A stretch of DNA of 64,000 nt from Patescibacteria group bacterium (GCA_041660005.1 JBAZXG010000002.1:122037-186036); one strand, 5' to 3'. Counted from the stretch's first letter, positions 29,138 through 39,390 are shown. Numbers and translations: made by a program. Notes: generated by a model not told the origin, from the letters alone.

Positions 29138-30196
29138 ATGGCAAAAAGCAAAGTAACAAATACTACCCCTTCTGAAGCGCGACAAAAGGCCGCGCAGAAT
29201 GCGATTGCCCAGATTCAAGAACGTTTCGGTGCCGGTTCTATTATGCGATTTGGCGAAGCTCAAGCCACAGACGTTGAAGCCGTGTCGACCGGATGCTTGT
29301 CTCTTGATTTAGCGCTTGGTGTGGGCGGGGTGCCGCGCGGGCGTATCATCGAAATTTACGGACCGGAAGCATCAGGTAAAACAACGCTGGCGCAGCATAT
29401 TGTGGCAGAGGTGCAAAAGGCGGGCGGTACGGCAGCATTTATTGACGCCGAACATGCACTTTCGCCTGAGTACGCAAAAAAAATTGGCGTTGATGTCGAC
29501 AAGTTGCTCATCTCACAGCCAGATACTGGTGAGCAGGCCTTAGAAATTTTAGAAACACTGGTTCGTTCGAATGGGGTCGATGTTATTGTTATCGACTCTG
29601 TAGCCGCGCTCGTTCCGCGAGCGGAAATTGAGGGCGAAATGGGAGATTCGCACATGGGTTTGCAAGCCCGGCTTATGAGCCAGGCGCTTCGAAAGCTTGC
29701 GGGTATTGTTTCAAAAACTAATACGGTGGTGATTTTTATCAATCAAATCCGCATGAAGATTGGTGTATTTTTTGGCAACCCTGAAACAACGACCGGTGGT
29801 ACGGCATTGAAGTTTTACTCGTCCGTACGCATTGAAGTACGCCGCGCCGCGCAGATTAAATCTGGCGAGAAGAACGTGGGTAATCGGGTTAAAGTGAAAG
29901 TGGTGAAGAATAAAGTGGCGCCGCCATTTCAGACAACCGAGTTTGATATTATGTACAACGAGGGCATTTCAGTTGCTGGGGATCTCATTGATACCGGTCT
30001 TCTTTATGGCGTTGTTGAAAAGAGCGGTAACAGTTATGCAGTTGGCGAAGAAAAGCTCGGCGTTGGACGCGAGACCGCCCGTCAATATTTGCGAGAACAT
30101 AAGGCAACCATGAAGCGCATTCGTGAGTTAGTTATGAAAAAAGTTGCCGCAGATCGAGTTGCACAAAAGCCACTACCACCCCCAGACGAGGAATAA
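29138..30196 (+). CDS. recA: recombinase RecA
   Basis: [18 protein letters not shown] Walker A and full RecA core. Confidence 0.95.
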   Translation: MAKSKVTNTTPSEARQKAAQNAIAQIQERFGAGSIMRFGEAQATDVEAVSTGCLSLDLALGVGGVPRGRIIEIYGPEASGKTTLAQHIVAEVQKAGGTAAFIDAEHALSPEYAKKIGVDVDKLLISQPDTGEQALEILETLVRSNGVDVIVIDSVAALVPRAEIEGEMGDSHMGLQARLMSQALRKLAGIVSKTNTVVIFINQIRMKIGVFFGNPETTTGGTALKFYSSVRIEVRRAAQIKSGEKNVGNRVKVKVVKNKVAPPFQTTEFDIMYNEGISVAGDLIDTGLLYGVVEKSGNSYAVGEEKLGVGRETARQYLREHKATMKRIRELVMKKVAADRVAQKPLPPPDEE

Positions 30197-30210
30197 TGAT
30201 GTGTGAAATT

Positions 30211-30240
30211 TCTCCGGCCTCTGGCCGGAGTTTATTTTTG
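30211..30240 (+). terminator. recA terminator (ctccggcc-tc-tggccggag + TTTATTTTT) overlapping the start of R2 copy 2
   Basis: Perfect 8-bp stem followed by T-run. Confidence 0.65.
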
Positions 30241-30390
30241 CCTAACCACCTCGTCGGCTTGCCGCGAGGTTACCGTTGCAGAAGACAAAAATATCCCGCG
30301 TAGCTCCCTGACCGTCCGTAGCCTTGCTGTGTCCCGCCGTAGTTTTATACGAGCGGGAGCGAAGGAGGTTAGCGAAGTGGGATTACCTAT
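30231..30390. repeat. R2 structured element, copy 2 (expanded by an internal insertion of about 70 bp)
   Basis: tttatttttgcctaaccacctcgtcggcttgccgcgagg ... gcgaagtgggattacct. Confidence 0.8.
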
Positions 30391-30522
30391 TCATTTGGTG
30401 CTTTCACAAACGAAGAAATAACAACCCTGAGTAGAATCGAAGGGTTACAATCTTTATTTTTCATCCTTACATACTTGAGAATGTTGGTATGACAGTTTGC
30501 TTGTTTATTATATCACTCAGTA

Positions 30523-31007
30523 AACCTCGCCCCGTCTGACGGGGCTGTGGGTTGCCTACTTTCTTACTCGCCTAAGAAAGTAGGCGGAAAGAACGGCGCC
30601 CCTGTGTCGACACTATCGTCGGCGAACGTTCCTCAGTGCGGGTGGCGACAATGAACTCGTCTTCGTCTCAAACAGCATCGTCGCTTATTCACCCGCACTT
30701 CGTCCGTTCGCTCTCCTCGGTCGGCAATGGGGTTTGGCAGAGTGAAGTGAACAATTCCTTTAGGAAACGGCCGTGGTAACGGGAGCGGCGTCTACGGTGT
30801 TTATTTGCAGTTGATAATTTTTGACTTGCAGTTTTGACTTTTGCCTTTTGATTTATAATTTCTGCTAGCCCATACAGCTCGAGGACGTTATGTTTATGTA
30901 ATGAAACTCCTACAGGATCGGCGTCGGTAATGACCGAAGAGGAACATTCAGGGCGGGATTTCTTTCACCTCTTTCCTTGTCTAAACAAAGAAAGGAGTAC
31001 GGTTTCT
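30523..31007. repeat. R1 composite structured element, copy B
   Basis: hairpin ctactttctta-ctcgcc-taagaaagtag, module gacaatgaactcgtc...caaacagcatcgtcgc, gttgataatttttgacttgcagttttg, cagctcgaggacgttatg, ctcctacaggatcggcgtc, terminal hairpin. Confidence 0.8.
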
Positions 31008-31228
31008 TGCCGTATATAAAGAAATACTATAAGGTGTCCTGGCTTGATCGTCGGTGTGGGTTGCCAAACCGCCATAGAGGTACGCTTCACCGCTCTCTGT
31101 GGGCATCTTATCACCACGATCTCGCCTGCCGGGTACCGTTCTTTCACAAAGAGGACGGTGCCCGGCGCAACATTTTTAAAACACAAAACCCCTCGAGTAC
31201 TCGAGGGGTTTTGTTTACTGTAAAAAAT

Positions 31229-31798
31229 TTAAGCGCGTTCTACGTACTCGCCTCGTTCGGTATTCACGCGAATGATGTCGCCTTCTTTTACAAAGAGAGG
31301 AACATTCAGGGTAGCACCCGTTTCAAGCTTGGCAGGTTTCAAAACGGCACCTTGAGCCGTGTCGCCCCGCGCGCCCGGTTCAGTTTCAATTACCTTGAGT
31401 TCAACTTTTTTAGGAAGCTCAAGGTTCATCGGTTTATCATTGTAGTAGAGTACATCAACCGTTTCCCCATCTTTAAGATAGTCCGACTTTCCACCAATAA
31501 GAGATTTAGGCAGAGAGAATTGTTCAAAAGTTTCTCCGTCCATAAAATGGAACTGGTCAGTTTCACGATAGAGGTAGCTCACTTTCTTGCGAGCGAGGTC
31601 GGCTGTTTCAACGCGATCCCCGGGTTTAAAACTAATTTCTAAGACCTTACCCGTGATGAGGTGTCGCATTTTTGTCTGCATCACTGGTTTACGCTGCTGC
31701 ATGCGGACAAAGTGCGCTTCCAGTACAATATACGGCTCACCTTCGTAATTGATGACGAGTCCGACTTTGATGTCGTTTAAGGTAGAAGTAGTTCCCAC
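31229..31798 (-). CDS. efp: elongation factor P
   Basis: KVGLVINYEGEPYIVLE, KPGKG-equivalent loop, three OB domains. Confidence 0.9.
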   Translation of the reverse strand: MGTTSTLNDIKVGLVINYEGEPYIVLEAHFVRMQQRKPVMQTKMRHLITGKVLEISFKPGDRVETADLARKKVSYLYRETDQFHFMDGETFEQFSLPKSLIGGKSDYLKDGETVDVLYYNDKPMNLELPKKVELKVIETEPGARGDTAQGAVLKPAKLETGATLNVPLFVKEGDIIRVNTERGEYVERA

Positions 31799-31804
31799 AG
31801 CCGT

Positions 31805-32053
31805 TTATTGATTAACGTACGGAAGAAGCGCCATAACCCGTGCGCGCTTAATCGCCATCGATAGTTTGCGCTGATGTTTGGCACAGACGCCGCTCTTTCT
31901 GCGGGGAACAATTTTTGCGTACGAAGAAGTAAACCGTTGTAGTGTGCTCGTTTCTTTGTAGTCGATGTCGGTAATGCCGTTCATGCAGAACTGGCAATGC
32001 CGATCTTGCGCCATTGATGTGCTGTTTTGAGTACGTGTGTTTCTTTGTTGCAT
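31805..32053 (-). CDS. rpsR: 30S ribosomal protein S18
   Basis: [12 protein letters not shown]...[17 protein letters not shown]. Confidence 0.9.
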   Translation of the reverse strand: MQQRNTRTQNSTSMAQDRHCQFCMNGITDIDYKETSTLQRFTSSYAKIVPRRKSGVCAKHQRKLSMAIKRARVMALLPYVNQ

Positions 32054-32062
32054 AGTCGTTAA

Positions 32063-32512
32063 CTAAAAAGGAATATTTTCAAGTTGAATTTCGTCTTCTT
32101 CGTTTGGTGCTGATTGTACGCCCTCGTCACTGCTCGGTTGTGGTGTGCTCGGTCGGAAGGGGCCGCCGGCTGCGTCGCCAGATCGGTCTAGCATGATGAA
32201 ATTTTCAGCGACGATTTCTGTGCGACTTCGTTTGGCACCATCCTGGCCTTCCCATTCGCGGGTTTGCAATCTCCCTTCAATGTATACTTTTCTTCCTTTA
32301 CCAAGGAAACGTTCGGCAATCTCGGCTAATTTCCCCCAGGCGACGATATTGTGAAATTCAGTTCGTTCCTGCTTCTCGCCCGTAGGCGTTTTCCACGAAC
32401 GGTTTGTAGCGACACCGAACGTAGTGACATTCTGCCCAGAGGGGGTTGCTCGTGTTTCAGGATCGCGTGTCAAGTTCCCAATGATCAGAACTTTATTGAG
32501 ACTCATTGCCAT
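32063..32512 (-). CDS. ssb: single-stranded DNA-binding protein
   Basis: OB-fold LNKVLIIGNLTRDPE..., acidic C-terminal tail DEIQLENIPF. Confidence 0.9.
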   Translation of the reverse strand: MAMSLNKVLIIGNLTRDPETRATPSGQNVTTFGVATNRSWKTPTGEKQERTEFHNIVAWGKLAEIAERFLGKGRKVYIEGRLQTREWEGQDGAKRSRTEIVAENFIMLDRSGDAAGGPFRPSTPQPSSDEGVQSAPNEEDEIQLENIPF

Positions 32513-32548
32513 ACTTTTTTGTTACTAGGTAAACAAAAATGCTTATGA

Positions 32549-33004
32549 TTAAAGTTCGGCACTCTCTTCCAGAATTTTGGAGAGTTTCTGGTCAAGCTCT
32601 TCAGCGCTGATGGCTGGGCTCACCTTCTTGCTCGGCGTTGGCGTGTCAATGTGCTGCTGACGACGTGCCGCTAGGCGGTCGCGTAAGGCCTGCTCTCGGT
32701 CTAGTGTTGCCTGACTCTTAATCGGTTTTTCAATGATGAGGTGGCGCAGAATTTCTTGGGACAGTCGGAACGTATCGTTCAGTTTTGCCATTACCGCAGG
32801 GTCTGCACTAAATTCAATCAGTCGGTAGTAGCCGTAGCGCTGGTTTTGAATGGGGTAGGCCAGGCGTTTCTTTTCCATGTTGACTTCGTGCGTAATTTGG
32901 CAGTTCTGCTGTTGCAGCTGCTCAGTTACTTTTGCCACAATAGGGGCGGTTTCTTCCTCGGTCATGGTTGCCGGTAGAATGTAGACGAGTTCGTAGCGTT
33001 TCAT
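32549..33004 (-). CDS. rpsF: 30S ribosomal protein S6 (with C-terminal extension)
   Basis: MKRYELVYIL start at 33004 (the listed 209-aa ORF has a spurious upstream extension); rpsF-ssb-rpsR operon order. Confidence 0.85.
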   Translation of the reverse strand: MKRYELVYILPATMTEEETAPIVAKVTEQLQQQNCQITHEVNMEKKRLAYPIQNQRYGYYRLIEFSADPAVMAKLNDTFRLSQEILRHLIIEKPIKSQATLDREQALRDRLAARRQQHIDTPTPSKKVSPAISAEELDQKLSKILEESAEL

Positions 33005-33200
33005 GGGCTCTATAAGAAAAAAATAAAACGGCCTCGTGTCGACGCCGCTCAACCTTACTAGAGTAAGGGTGCTTCGTCGGACCCCGATGTATATCGGGGT
33101 GTCCCGATCAGTTGCCGGGACACAAAGACGTGTAAAATAATGTAGCCACACCCTACCATGGCCACTGGCGTTTTGCAAGCCCTATGTCATACTGGCCTTT

Positions 33201-34421
33201 ATGAAAACCTATCTCTTTATTTTTGGTCGGCATCCGGCACTTTCTTTGGCAGAACTCTACGCTTTTGCTGAAACAGAACAATTAACCCTAACCGTTACCG
33301 GGTTGTCGTCAGAAGTGGCAGTAGTTACCGGTATTCCTGAAGCACAAGCCGAAACACTGCTCATGCGTTTGGCGGGAACGATTAAAATTGCGGTTGTACT
33401 CGGTTCTCTCGTGCCGCCGGAGAAAAACGATGTTGTAGCCTGGACGAACCTATTGCAGCCGTTTGTAAAAAATCATCCGTTGCGTTCCTTTGGTATGAGC
33501 TATTATGGTGCAGCACAGTTGTTGCCCGGGGTAACACCACAAGAACATATCGCCTTAACTCTTAAAAAAGAATTTCGTGAGGCGTCCGGAAAAGTACGCT
33601 GGGTGAGCGGGCGAGGCAAACCATTGAGTTCGGTGCAGGTCGACAAAAATCACATGGTTGGCGAAACGGGGAGTGAATTTATTATTGCTGTAAGCAGTGC
33701 CGAAGAGGCGTATATTGCAAAAACACTTTCCGTACAGCCTTTTGAAGACTGGAGCAACCGTGATTTTGGTCGACCATCGCGTGATGCGCGCTCGGGCATG
33801 CTGCCGCCGAAGCTCGCGCGGCTCATGGTGAATTTATTAGGGCTTCCGCATGAGGGGACGCTTCTTGATCCTTTTTGCGGATCAGGCACCGTACTCATGG
33901 AGGCGCTGCTTTCTGGCTGGACTTCTGTCATCGGCTCTGACAAAAGTGCAAAAGCAGTTATGGATTCTCAAAAAAATATGGAGTGGTTAAACAATAGTCA
34001 ACGTATTGCGACTAGCGGGTGTTCTTTTTTTACTCGTTCAGTAGAGGAACTGACTGCCCTCATTCCAGAGCGTTCAGTTGCAGCTATAGTTACTGAACCA
34101 GATCTCGGACCAGCGCTTCGTGAACCGCCAACGACAGAGGAGGCGATGCGTATAGCGAAAACATTAGTGCCCCTCTACAAGCAAGCGCTTGAAACTTTTG
34201 CGCACATTCTTTCTCCGGGCGGTCGGGTTGTTATAGTGTTCCCTTGCTGGATCACTCAAGACCATGAAGAGGTGGTCTTGCCTTTAAGAGAAACCGATCT
34301 TCCCACAGGTCTTCGTGAACGGTTGCTCCTTGATTGGTCAACTACAAAGAATACTTTTATCTATCGCCGACCAGACCAATTTGTGGCGCGAAAAATTGTT
34401 TCCTTTGAAGCTGTTTTGTAG
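33201..34421 (+). CDS. THUMP-domain class I SAM-dependent RNA methyltransferase
   Basis: SAM motif LLDPFCGSGTVLMEA; N-terminal ferredoxin-like/THUMP region. Confidence 0.65.
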   Translation: MKTYLFIFGRHPALSLAELYAFAETEQLTLTVTGLSSEVAVVTGIPEAQAETLLMRLAGTIKIAVVLGSLVPPEKNDVVAWTNLLQPFVKNHPLRSFGMSYYGAAQLLPGVTPQEHIALTLKKEFREASGKVRWVSGRGKPLSSVQVDKNHMVGETGSEFIIAVSSAEEAYIAKTLSVQPFEDWSNRDFGRPSRDARSGMLPPKLARLMVNLLGLPHEGTLLDPFCGSGTVLMEALLSGWTSVIGSDKSAKAVMDSQKNMEWLNNSQRIATSGCSFFTRSVEELTALIPERSVAAIVTEPDLGPALREPPTTEEAMRIAKTLVPLYKQALETFAHILSPGGRVVIVFPCWITQDHEEVVLPLRETDLPTGLRERLLLDWSTTKNTFIYRRPDQFVARKIVSFEAVL

Positions 34422-34508
34422 GGTAATTGCTTACCCCAAAATGGTGTGCGGTGGTATAATAAACAGCACAGATTTCAACGATATATCTTACAGAAAGGGG
34501 GTGACGGT

Positions 34509-34754
34509 ATGAAAAATCTTCATTTTGTGACTTTTCTTCTCCTCGTTATTGGTGGGTTGAATTGGCTACTTTTCGGACTGTTTGGTTGGGAAATAGGAGC
34601 ACTATTGGGTGGTATGGGGGCAGTACTGTCTCGTATCATTTACGTACTTGTCGGTTTGTCGGCAATCTACGAAGTTGCGACACACAAAGCGTCTTGTAAG
34701 CAGTGCGAAACGAAAGCATCTTCATCGCAGGCGCCCATGAGTCACAGCATGTAG
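34509..34754 (+). CDS. DUF378-like small membrane protein
   Basis: Two TM helices with GGLNWLLFGLFG motif; start at MKNLHF. Confidence 0.5.
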   Translation: MKNLHFVTFLLLVIGGLNWLLFGLFGWEIGALLGGMGAVLSRIIYVLVGLSAIYEVATHKASCKQCETKASSSQAPMSHSM

Positions 34755-34900
34755 TTATTGTTGTGTGGGTATTGAACTGCCTCGACGTTATGTCGGGGCA
34801 GTTTTATTTTTGCCGAGGATAGTGAGTGGAGTACAAACAGTAATTTGTATTTCCGAACGACGCAGGCATCAAAGGGTTTAGTATCCATGTATTATGTTTT

Positions 34901-34936
34901 TTACACCATTTTGTGCGTACGCACAAAATGGTGTAA
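34901..34936. repeat. 36-bp perfect palindrome P, copy 1 (TTACACCATTTTGTGC-GTAC-GCACAAAATGGTGTAA)
   Basis: Identical sequence at 47900..47935; flanking tattatgttttt is also shared in inverted orientation. Confidence 0.9.
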
Positions 34937-35025
34937 TTTGACACTTACGTAGCTCTGCCGCGTCGCCTTTCTCAATACGCCGGTGGGCGTATTGAGGGAG
35001 CCAGGGCTTTGCCTTGAGGTAGTTG

Positions 35026-35058
35026 ATATGCAATTGGGGCGTCGTTCGTGTTCTACGA
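35026..35058. terminator. GC-rich perfect hairpin ggggcgtcgttcgt-gttctac-gaacgacgcccc just downstream of the dapA-like gene (minus strand)
   Basis: 14-bp perfect stem. Confidence 0.5.
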
Positions 35059-35098
35059 ACGACGCCCCACATCGGTTCTTCTCGGCTTTGGCTGGCCC

Positions 35099-35975
35099 CT
35101 AATCCAGCATGCCGAGTTTTCGGAGTTCACGCCCGAGCAGTTCCATCGCCCCTGTGCTCATGGGCGTGAGTGGCAGGCGAACGTAGTCGTTGCAGAGTCC
35201 CATCATGGCGAGCGCGGCCTTGATGGGGATCGGGTTGGTTTCAAGAAAGAGGGCCCTCATCAGCGGGAGCAGATGGTAGTGAGTGGCTCTCGCTCTCGGT
35301 AAGTTCCCCCGCTGCAGGTGTTCCACCATGCCGACGAACGCCTCCGGGAGGAGATTCGAGAGAACTGAGATCACTCCATGCCCCCCGACCGACATGATGG
35401 GTAAGGTCAACCAGGAAGTCCGGGCCGCAAGCCTTGATGACATCCATGGTCTTGTTGAGAGACCCAGTGGCCTCCTTGAGTCCCACCACCTCCGGGATCC
35501 GTGTGAGTTCCACCATCGTTGCTGTTTCAATCCCGACACCAGTCCGGCCGGGAATGTCGTAGGCGATGAGTGGAAAGCCGGGTACGGCTGCGGCTATTGC
35601 GCGAAAGTGCTCGATGATGCCTTGTTGTGTGGGCTTGTTGTAATAGGGGCTGATGATCAGCGCCCCGTCAGCGCCTGCGTCCTTCGCCGCCCGAGTGAGC
35701 GCAGTCGCCTCAGCGGTCGAGTTCGACCCTGTGCCGGCGATGACTCGTGCGCGCCCATTCGCTGCCTCGACGACGATTCGAATGATGCGCTCTTGCTCTT
35801 CGCGTGTGAGCGTTGCTGCTTCACCAGTCGAGCCGCACGGCACGAGTCCTGGTACACCAGCGGCGATCTGCAGCTCCACAAGTCGTCGGAGTGCTTCCTC
35901 GTCGACTGACCCGTCTTTCTTGAATGGAGTTACGAGCGCGGTCGCAACTCTAGTGATTAGATCTGTTCTTGCCAT
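35099..35975 (-). pseudogene. dapA: 4-hydroxy-tetrahydrodipicolinate synthase (DapA) with a frameshift, GC-rich
   Basis: ORF 35241..35975 encodes the N-terminal two thirds (GSTGEAATLTREEQ...VIAGTGSNSTAEA, YYNKPTQQG). ORF 35099..35539 in another frame encodes the C-terminus (LTLPIMSVGGHGVISV...ETNPIPIKAAL). Frameshift lies near 35440-35470. Confidence 0.7.
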
Positions 35976-36123
35976 GGCGTATGTCCTCCAACCTCAGTGA
36001 ACTTTTTTAAGGAGCGCTGCCGCTTCCTGTGACACAATCGTAGGGAAATCTTAAAAAACAAGGAATTTTTCATATACCTAATACATTTTTGATACAATTT
36101 GTAATATTTGATACAATATAGAT

Positions 36124-36792
36124 ATGTTAAAAGTATCTACGTCTGTTGAAAAATTAGTTCTCTCCTCAGAGGTAACGCTTTCTGCTCTCACGAGCGGTCA
36201 ACTTAATTTAACGGCTTATGCGCGTTCTATTTTGCCAGCAATTAAAGAGGAAACAAAAAAAGCAGTAAAACTAGGGAGCATTGTTACCGCTCTCTCACGG
36301 CTCTCACGAACCGTTACTCACGTCGCTCCCTTAGTGCCGCGAGTTGTACTCCTTGATGTCGCTGTTCGCCTTGGACTCTGTGAACTTGTTTATAACCGAA
36401 CCGAGGAAAACTTAATTCGACTGCGCAATATATATCATAATCAAAAACTCAGAACTGATGACGTACTCGCTATGTCAGTCGGAACCGATGAAGTAACCGT
36501 TTTTGCAACCAACGCTGCTATCTTGCATATACGTCGTTACTTTGGCAGCGAAAAACCGAAAGTGCATCTCGACGGACTCGGTAGTTTGACTGTTCGTTTT
36601 AGCAATGACTACATCAAAACGCCTAATGTCATTTTTGCTTTGGTGCGCAGTTTGGCGGTTCGGCGCATTAACATCGTCGAAATAATTTCCGCCTATACCG
36701 AACTGACGTTCATTCTTCAGGAAGCTGACCTAACGCGTGCGCTTGAAGTAGTAACGAATGATTTTCGCGATACTTCGAGCGCTCGATCTTAG
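36124..36792 (+). CDS. hypothetical protein (possible tandem ACT-like regulatory domains)
   Basis: 222-aa ORF; weak beta-alpha-beta-beta-alpha-beta periodicity; no firm motif. Confidence 0.35.
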   Translation: MLKVSTSVEKLVLSSEVTLSALTSGQLNLTAYARSILPAIKEETKKAVKLGSIVTALSRLSRTVTHVAPLVPRVVLLDVAVRLGLCELVYNRTEENLIRLRNIYHNQKLRTDDVLAMSVGTDEVTVFATNAAILHIRRYFGSEKPKVHLDGLGSLTVRFSNDYIKTPNVIFALVRSLAVRRINIVEIISAYTELTFILQEADLTRALEVVTNDFRDTSSARS

Positions 36793-37850
36793 TGTGTTGG
36801 TGCAAAGCGGAAGTGGGCAACGTCGCCATCCTGCATAGTGTACGTTTTGCCTTCAAGACGAATGAGTCCTTTTTCTTTAGCTTTTGCTTCTCCGTTAGCT
36901 TCCACAAGGTCAGACCAAGAAATAATTTCGGCGGCGATAAACCCTTTTTCAAAGTCCGTGTGAATAACACCAGCGGCCTCAGGCGCGCTGGCTCCGCGGT
37001 GAACGGTCCAAGCGCGGCTCTCCATTGGCCCAGCAGTGAAAAAGGTAATGAGATCCAGTAGTTCATAGCTTGCCTGGATGAGGCGATCTAACCCAGATCG
37101 CTCCCAACCAAGCTCTTGGAGATAGTGCTTGGCATCTTCCGGTTCTAGCTCGACAAGTTCAGATTCAATTTTTGCAGAGATAGCAATTGCGTTGCTGTCA
37201 GACACTTTTTTCACATCTTCCTCGGCAACATTTTCAACAACCAGAAGCGGCTTGGCGGTCAGGAGATTTAGTTGTTTCAGTATTTTTTTCTCTTCCTCAT
37301 TTACCTCAACTTCCCGCGTTGGTTTCTGTGCGTCAAGCGCACTGGCTAATCGACGGAGAAGATCCAATTCTTTGGCAGCTGTTTTGTCGCCGCTTGTGGC
37401 TTTGCCCTCGGTAGCTTTTATGCGCCTACTCACGGTGTCCATATCGGCAAACGCCAGCTCAATACCGATAACAGCGCGGTCGCGTGCGGGGTCAGGGGAG
37501 CCCATAACGTGCATAATATCGTCGTCTTTGAAGTTACGCACCACTTCAATAATCGCATCAACTTCCCGAATGTGAGACAAAAATTTATTCCCGAGACCCT
37601 CGCCTTGGTGCGCCCCAGCAACGAGCCCGGCGATATCAACAAACTCAATCACTGTGTGGACAATTTTTTTAGACTCGGCAACACGAGCAAGTTCTGCCAG
37701 CCGATGGTCGGGCACGGTAACCACGCCCACGTTTGGTTCAATCGTAGCGAATGGATAATTTTCAATCGTTACCTGTATTTTAGTAAGCGCCTTGAAAAGC
37801 GTTGATTTGCCAACATTGGGGAGTCCGACGATGCCAACCTTGAGCGACAT
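36789..37850 (-). CDS. ychF: ribosome-binding ATPase YchF
   Basis: MSLKVGIVGLPNVGKSTLFKALTK, TGS C-terminal domain. Confidence 0.9.
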   Translation of the reverse strand: MSLKVGIVGLPNVGKSTLFKALTKIQVTIENYPFATIEPNVGVVTVPDHRLAELARVAESKKIVHTVIEFVDIAGLVAGAHQGEGLGNKFLSHIREVDAIIEVVRNFKDDDIMHVMGSPDPARDRAVIGIELAFADMDTVSRRIKATEGKATSGDKTAAKELDLLRRLASALDAQKPTREVEVNEEEKKILKQLNLLTAKPLLVVENVAEEDVKKVSDSNAIAISAKIESELVELEPEDAKHYLQELGWERSGLDRLIQASYELLDLITFFTAGPMESRAWTVHRGASAPEAAGVIHTDFEKGFIAAEIISWSDLVEANGEAKAKEKGLIRLEGKTYTMQDGDVAHFRFAPTH

Positions 37851-37946
37851 ACGTAAAATTCATGCGAATGAATAATGTGCCCAATAGCATACAAGGTGTT
37901 GGCAGCTTTTGCTAGGGCGGCATCTTGTTATTCATGAGTGCTACTG

Positions 37947-38104
37947 GATCGCCGCACTTGCGGCAGCGTCTTATTCTTAATGAGCGCTGTTGATCGCCGC
38001 ACTTACGACAGCGTTTCGTTCTCGGTAAGTGTTGTTGACCCTGCACTTGTTCGGCAGCGTCTCGTTATCAATCGGTACTATAGGATCGCTGCACTTACGG
38101 CAGT
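37947..38104. repeat. degenerate tandem repeat, about 4 units of about 45 bp (GATCGCCGCACTTRCGRCAGCGTYT...)
   Basis: Units begin at about 37947, 37992, 38037, 38084; intergenic between ychF and the exonuclease gene. Confidence 0.7.
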
Positions 38105-38145
38105 AAAAGGGGTGTGAAGAGTGGCAGAGCTCGCGATTTTGCGCT

Positions 38146-38676
38146 ATGGTCAGATACATGACCCAAAACGATTCTCGACCACACATTGTTCTCGATATTG
38201 AAACAACCGGTTTTTATTATGCCGGCGGGGACGAGATTATTGAGCTTGCTGCCGAGCGCGTTGTCAACAGAGTAGTGGTTGATCGATTTCACGCGTTTAT
38301 TCGGCCCTCAATAGCGGTGCCACCAGCTGCGACCGCGGTGCATGGTTTGACTGATACGTTTCTTGCTGAACATGGCAGCGATGCTGCTTCAGTGTTTCAG
38401 GATTTTGCAAAGTTTGTCGAGCAAGGCATTTTGGTTGGGCATAACATTCGCAATTTTGATTTTCCATTTCTGGAGCACCACTTTTCTCGACATGGTTTGG
38501 TCATGGAAGCATTGGACTTGGTTGACACGCTGGAGCTTGCTCGTCGGCAACTCCGTTTATTAAATTACAAACTTGGAACCGTTGCGACACACTTTGGCAT
38601 TGATAATCGTGGTGCGCATCGAGCTGACCGGGATGTTGAAATTACCCGAGAAGTTTTTTTGCGATTGACAGCGTAA
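38146..38676 (+). CDS. DEDDh 3'-5' exonuclease (DNA polymerase III epsilon-like)
   Basis: Exo I VLDIETTG, Exo II HNIRNFDFPFL, Exo III HRADRD. Confidence 0.8.
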   Translation: MVRYMTQNDSRPHIVLDIETTGFYYAGGDEIIELAAERVVNRVVVDRFHAFIRPSIAVPPAATAVHGLTDTFLAEHGSDAASVFQDFAKFVEQGILVGHNIRNFDFPFLEHHFSRHGLVMEALDLVDTLELARRQLRLLNYKLGTVATHFGIDNRGAHRADRDVEITREVFLRLTA

Positions 38677-38748
38677 GGTTTCAACAATAAGATACTGACG
38701 TTTCCAAGTAGGTCTATGTGAAGAATCCCACTAGGAGGAGGACGCGCC

Positions 38749-39330
38749 ATGGGTTCACTATTGTTTGAGTTTCAGTTGGAGCCCGATTTTCTGACGCCCG
38801 AGCAGTACTTCGGCAAGCTTCGGAGCAAGAGCGGTCTAGAATCAGAGCACCGCTTATATCTAGCGGTTCTACAGGATGCACTGGAGTGTTTCCAGAAATA
38901 CCTAAACGAAAGCAAGGGAAAGCATCGCCGGCTTTTCCTGGACGCCGAAGCATGGTTTGCGAGCGAGGACGCGGAGGGACTCTTCGCTTTCGAGGTCGTT
39001 TGCGAAGCCTTGCGGATCGATGCCGAGTACATTCGTCGGGGGCTCGCTGCGTGGCGGAAATCTGCGCAGCCGCGAAACGTGCCTACTCCAAAAGAGCCGC
39101 CACCGGCTCTCGGTCCCGAGATCAGGTGCCAGCGTTGCCACTGGCGCGAACGTATGAAGCAGCGTCAGAAGCACAGCCCAGGGTACGCTACGCCGCCGAT
39201 CATCTGTACGGCCTGCAATACGTACTTTGTGCAGCTGCTCGACAGGGGCAAGGTCGTGAGCGAGGAGGGGTTTGTTCAAGAGTTCCCTTACCAGGGCCAA
39301 AGGGACACGAAGCCACGCCGCGCAACATAA
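38749..39330 (+). CDS. hypothetical protein with C-terminal Cys4 zinc ribbon (CQRC...CTAC), moderately GC-rich
   Basis: Strong RBS ggaggagg; palindromic hairpin gccgcgcaac-ataaa-gttgcgcggc immediately downstream. Confidence 0.4.
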   Translation: MGSLLFEFQLEPDFLTPEQYFGKLRSKSGLESEHRLYLAVLQDALECFQKYLNESKGKHRRLFLDAEAWFASEDAEGLFAFEVVCEALRIDAEYIRRGLAAWRKSAQPRNVPTPKEPPPALGPEIRCQRCHWRERMKQRQKHSPGYATPPIICTACNTYFVQLLDRGKVVSEEGFVQEFPYQGQRDTKPRRAT

Positions 39331-39390
39331 AGTTGCGCGGCGGCTCCCTTTTCAAGAGAATATCGGACCTGTGCTACACTGTACCCCACC

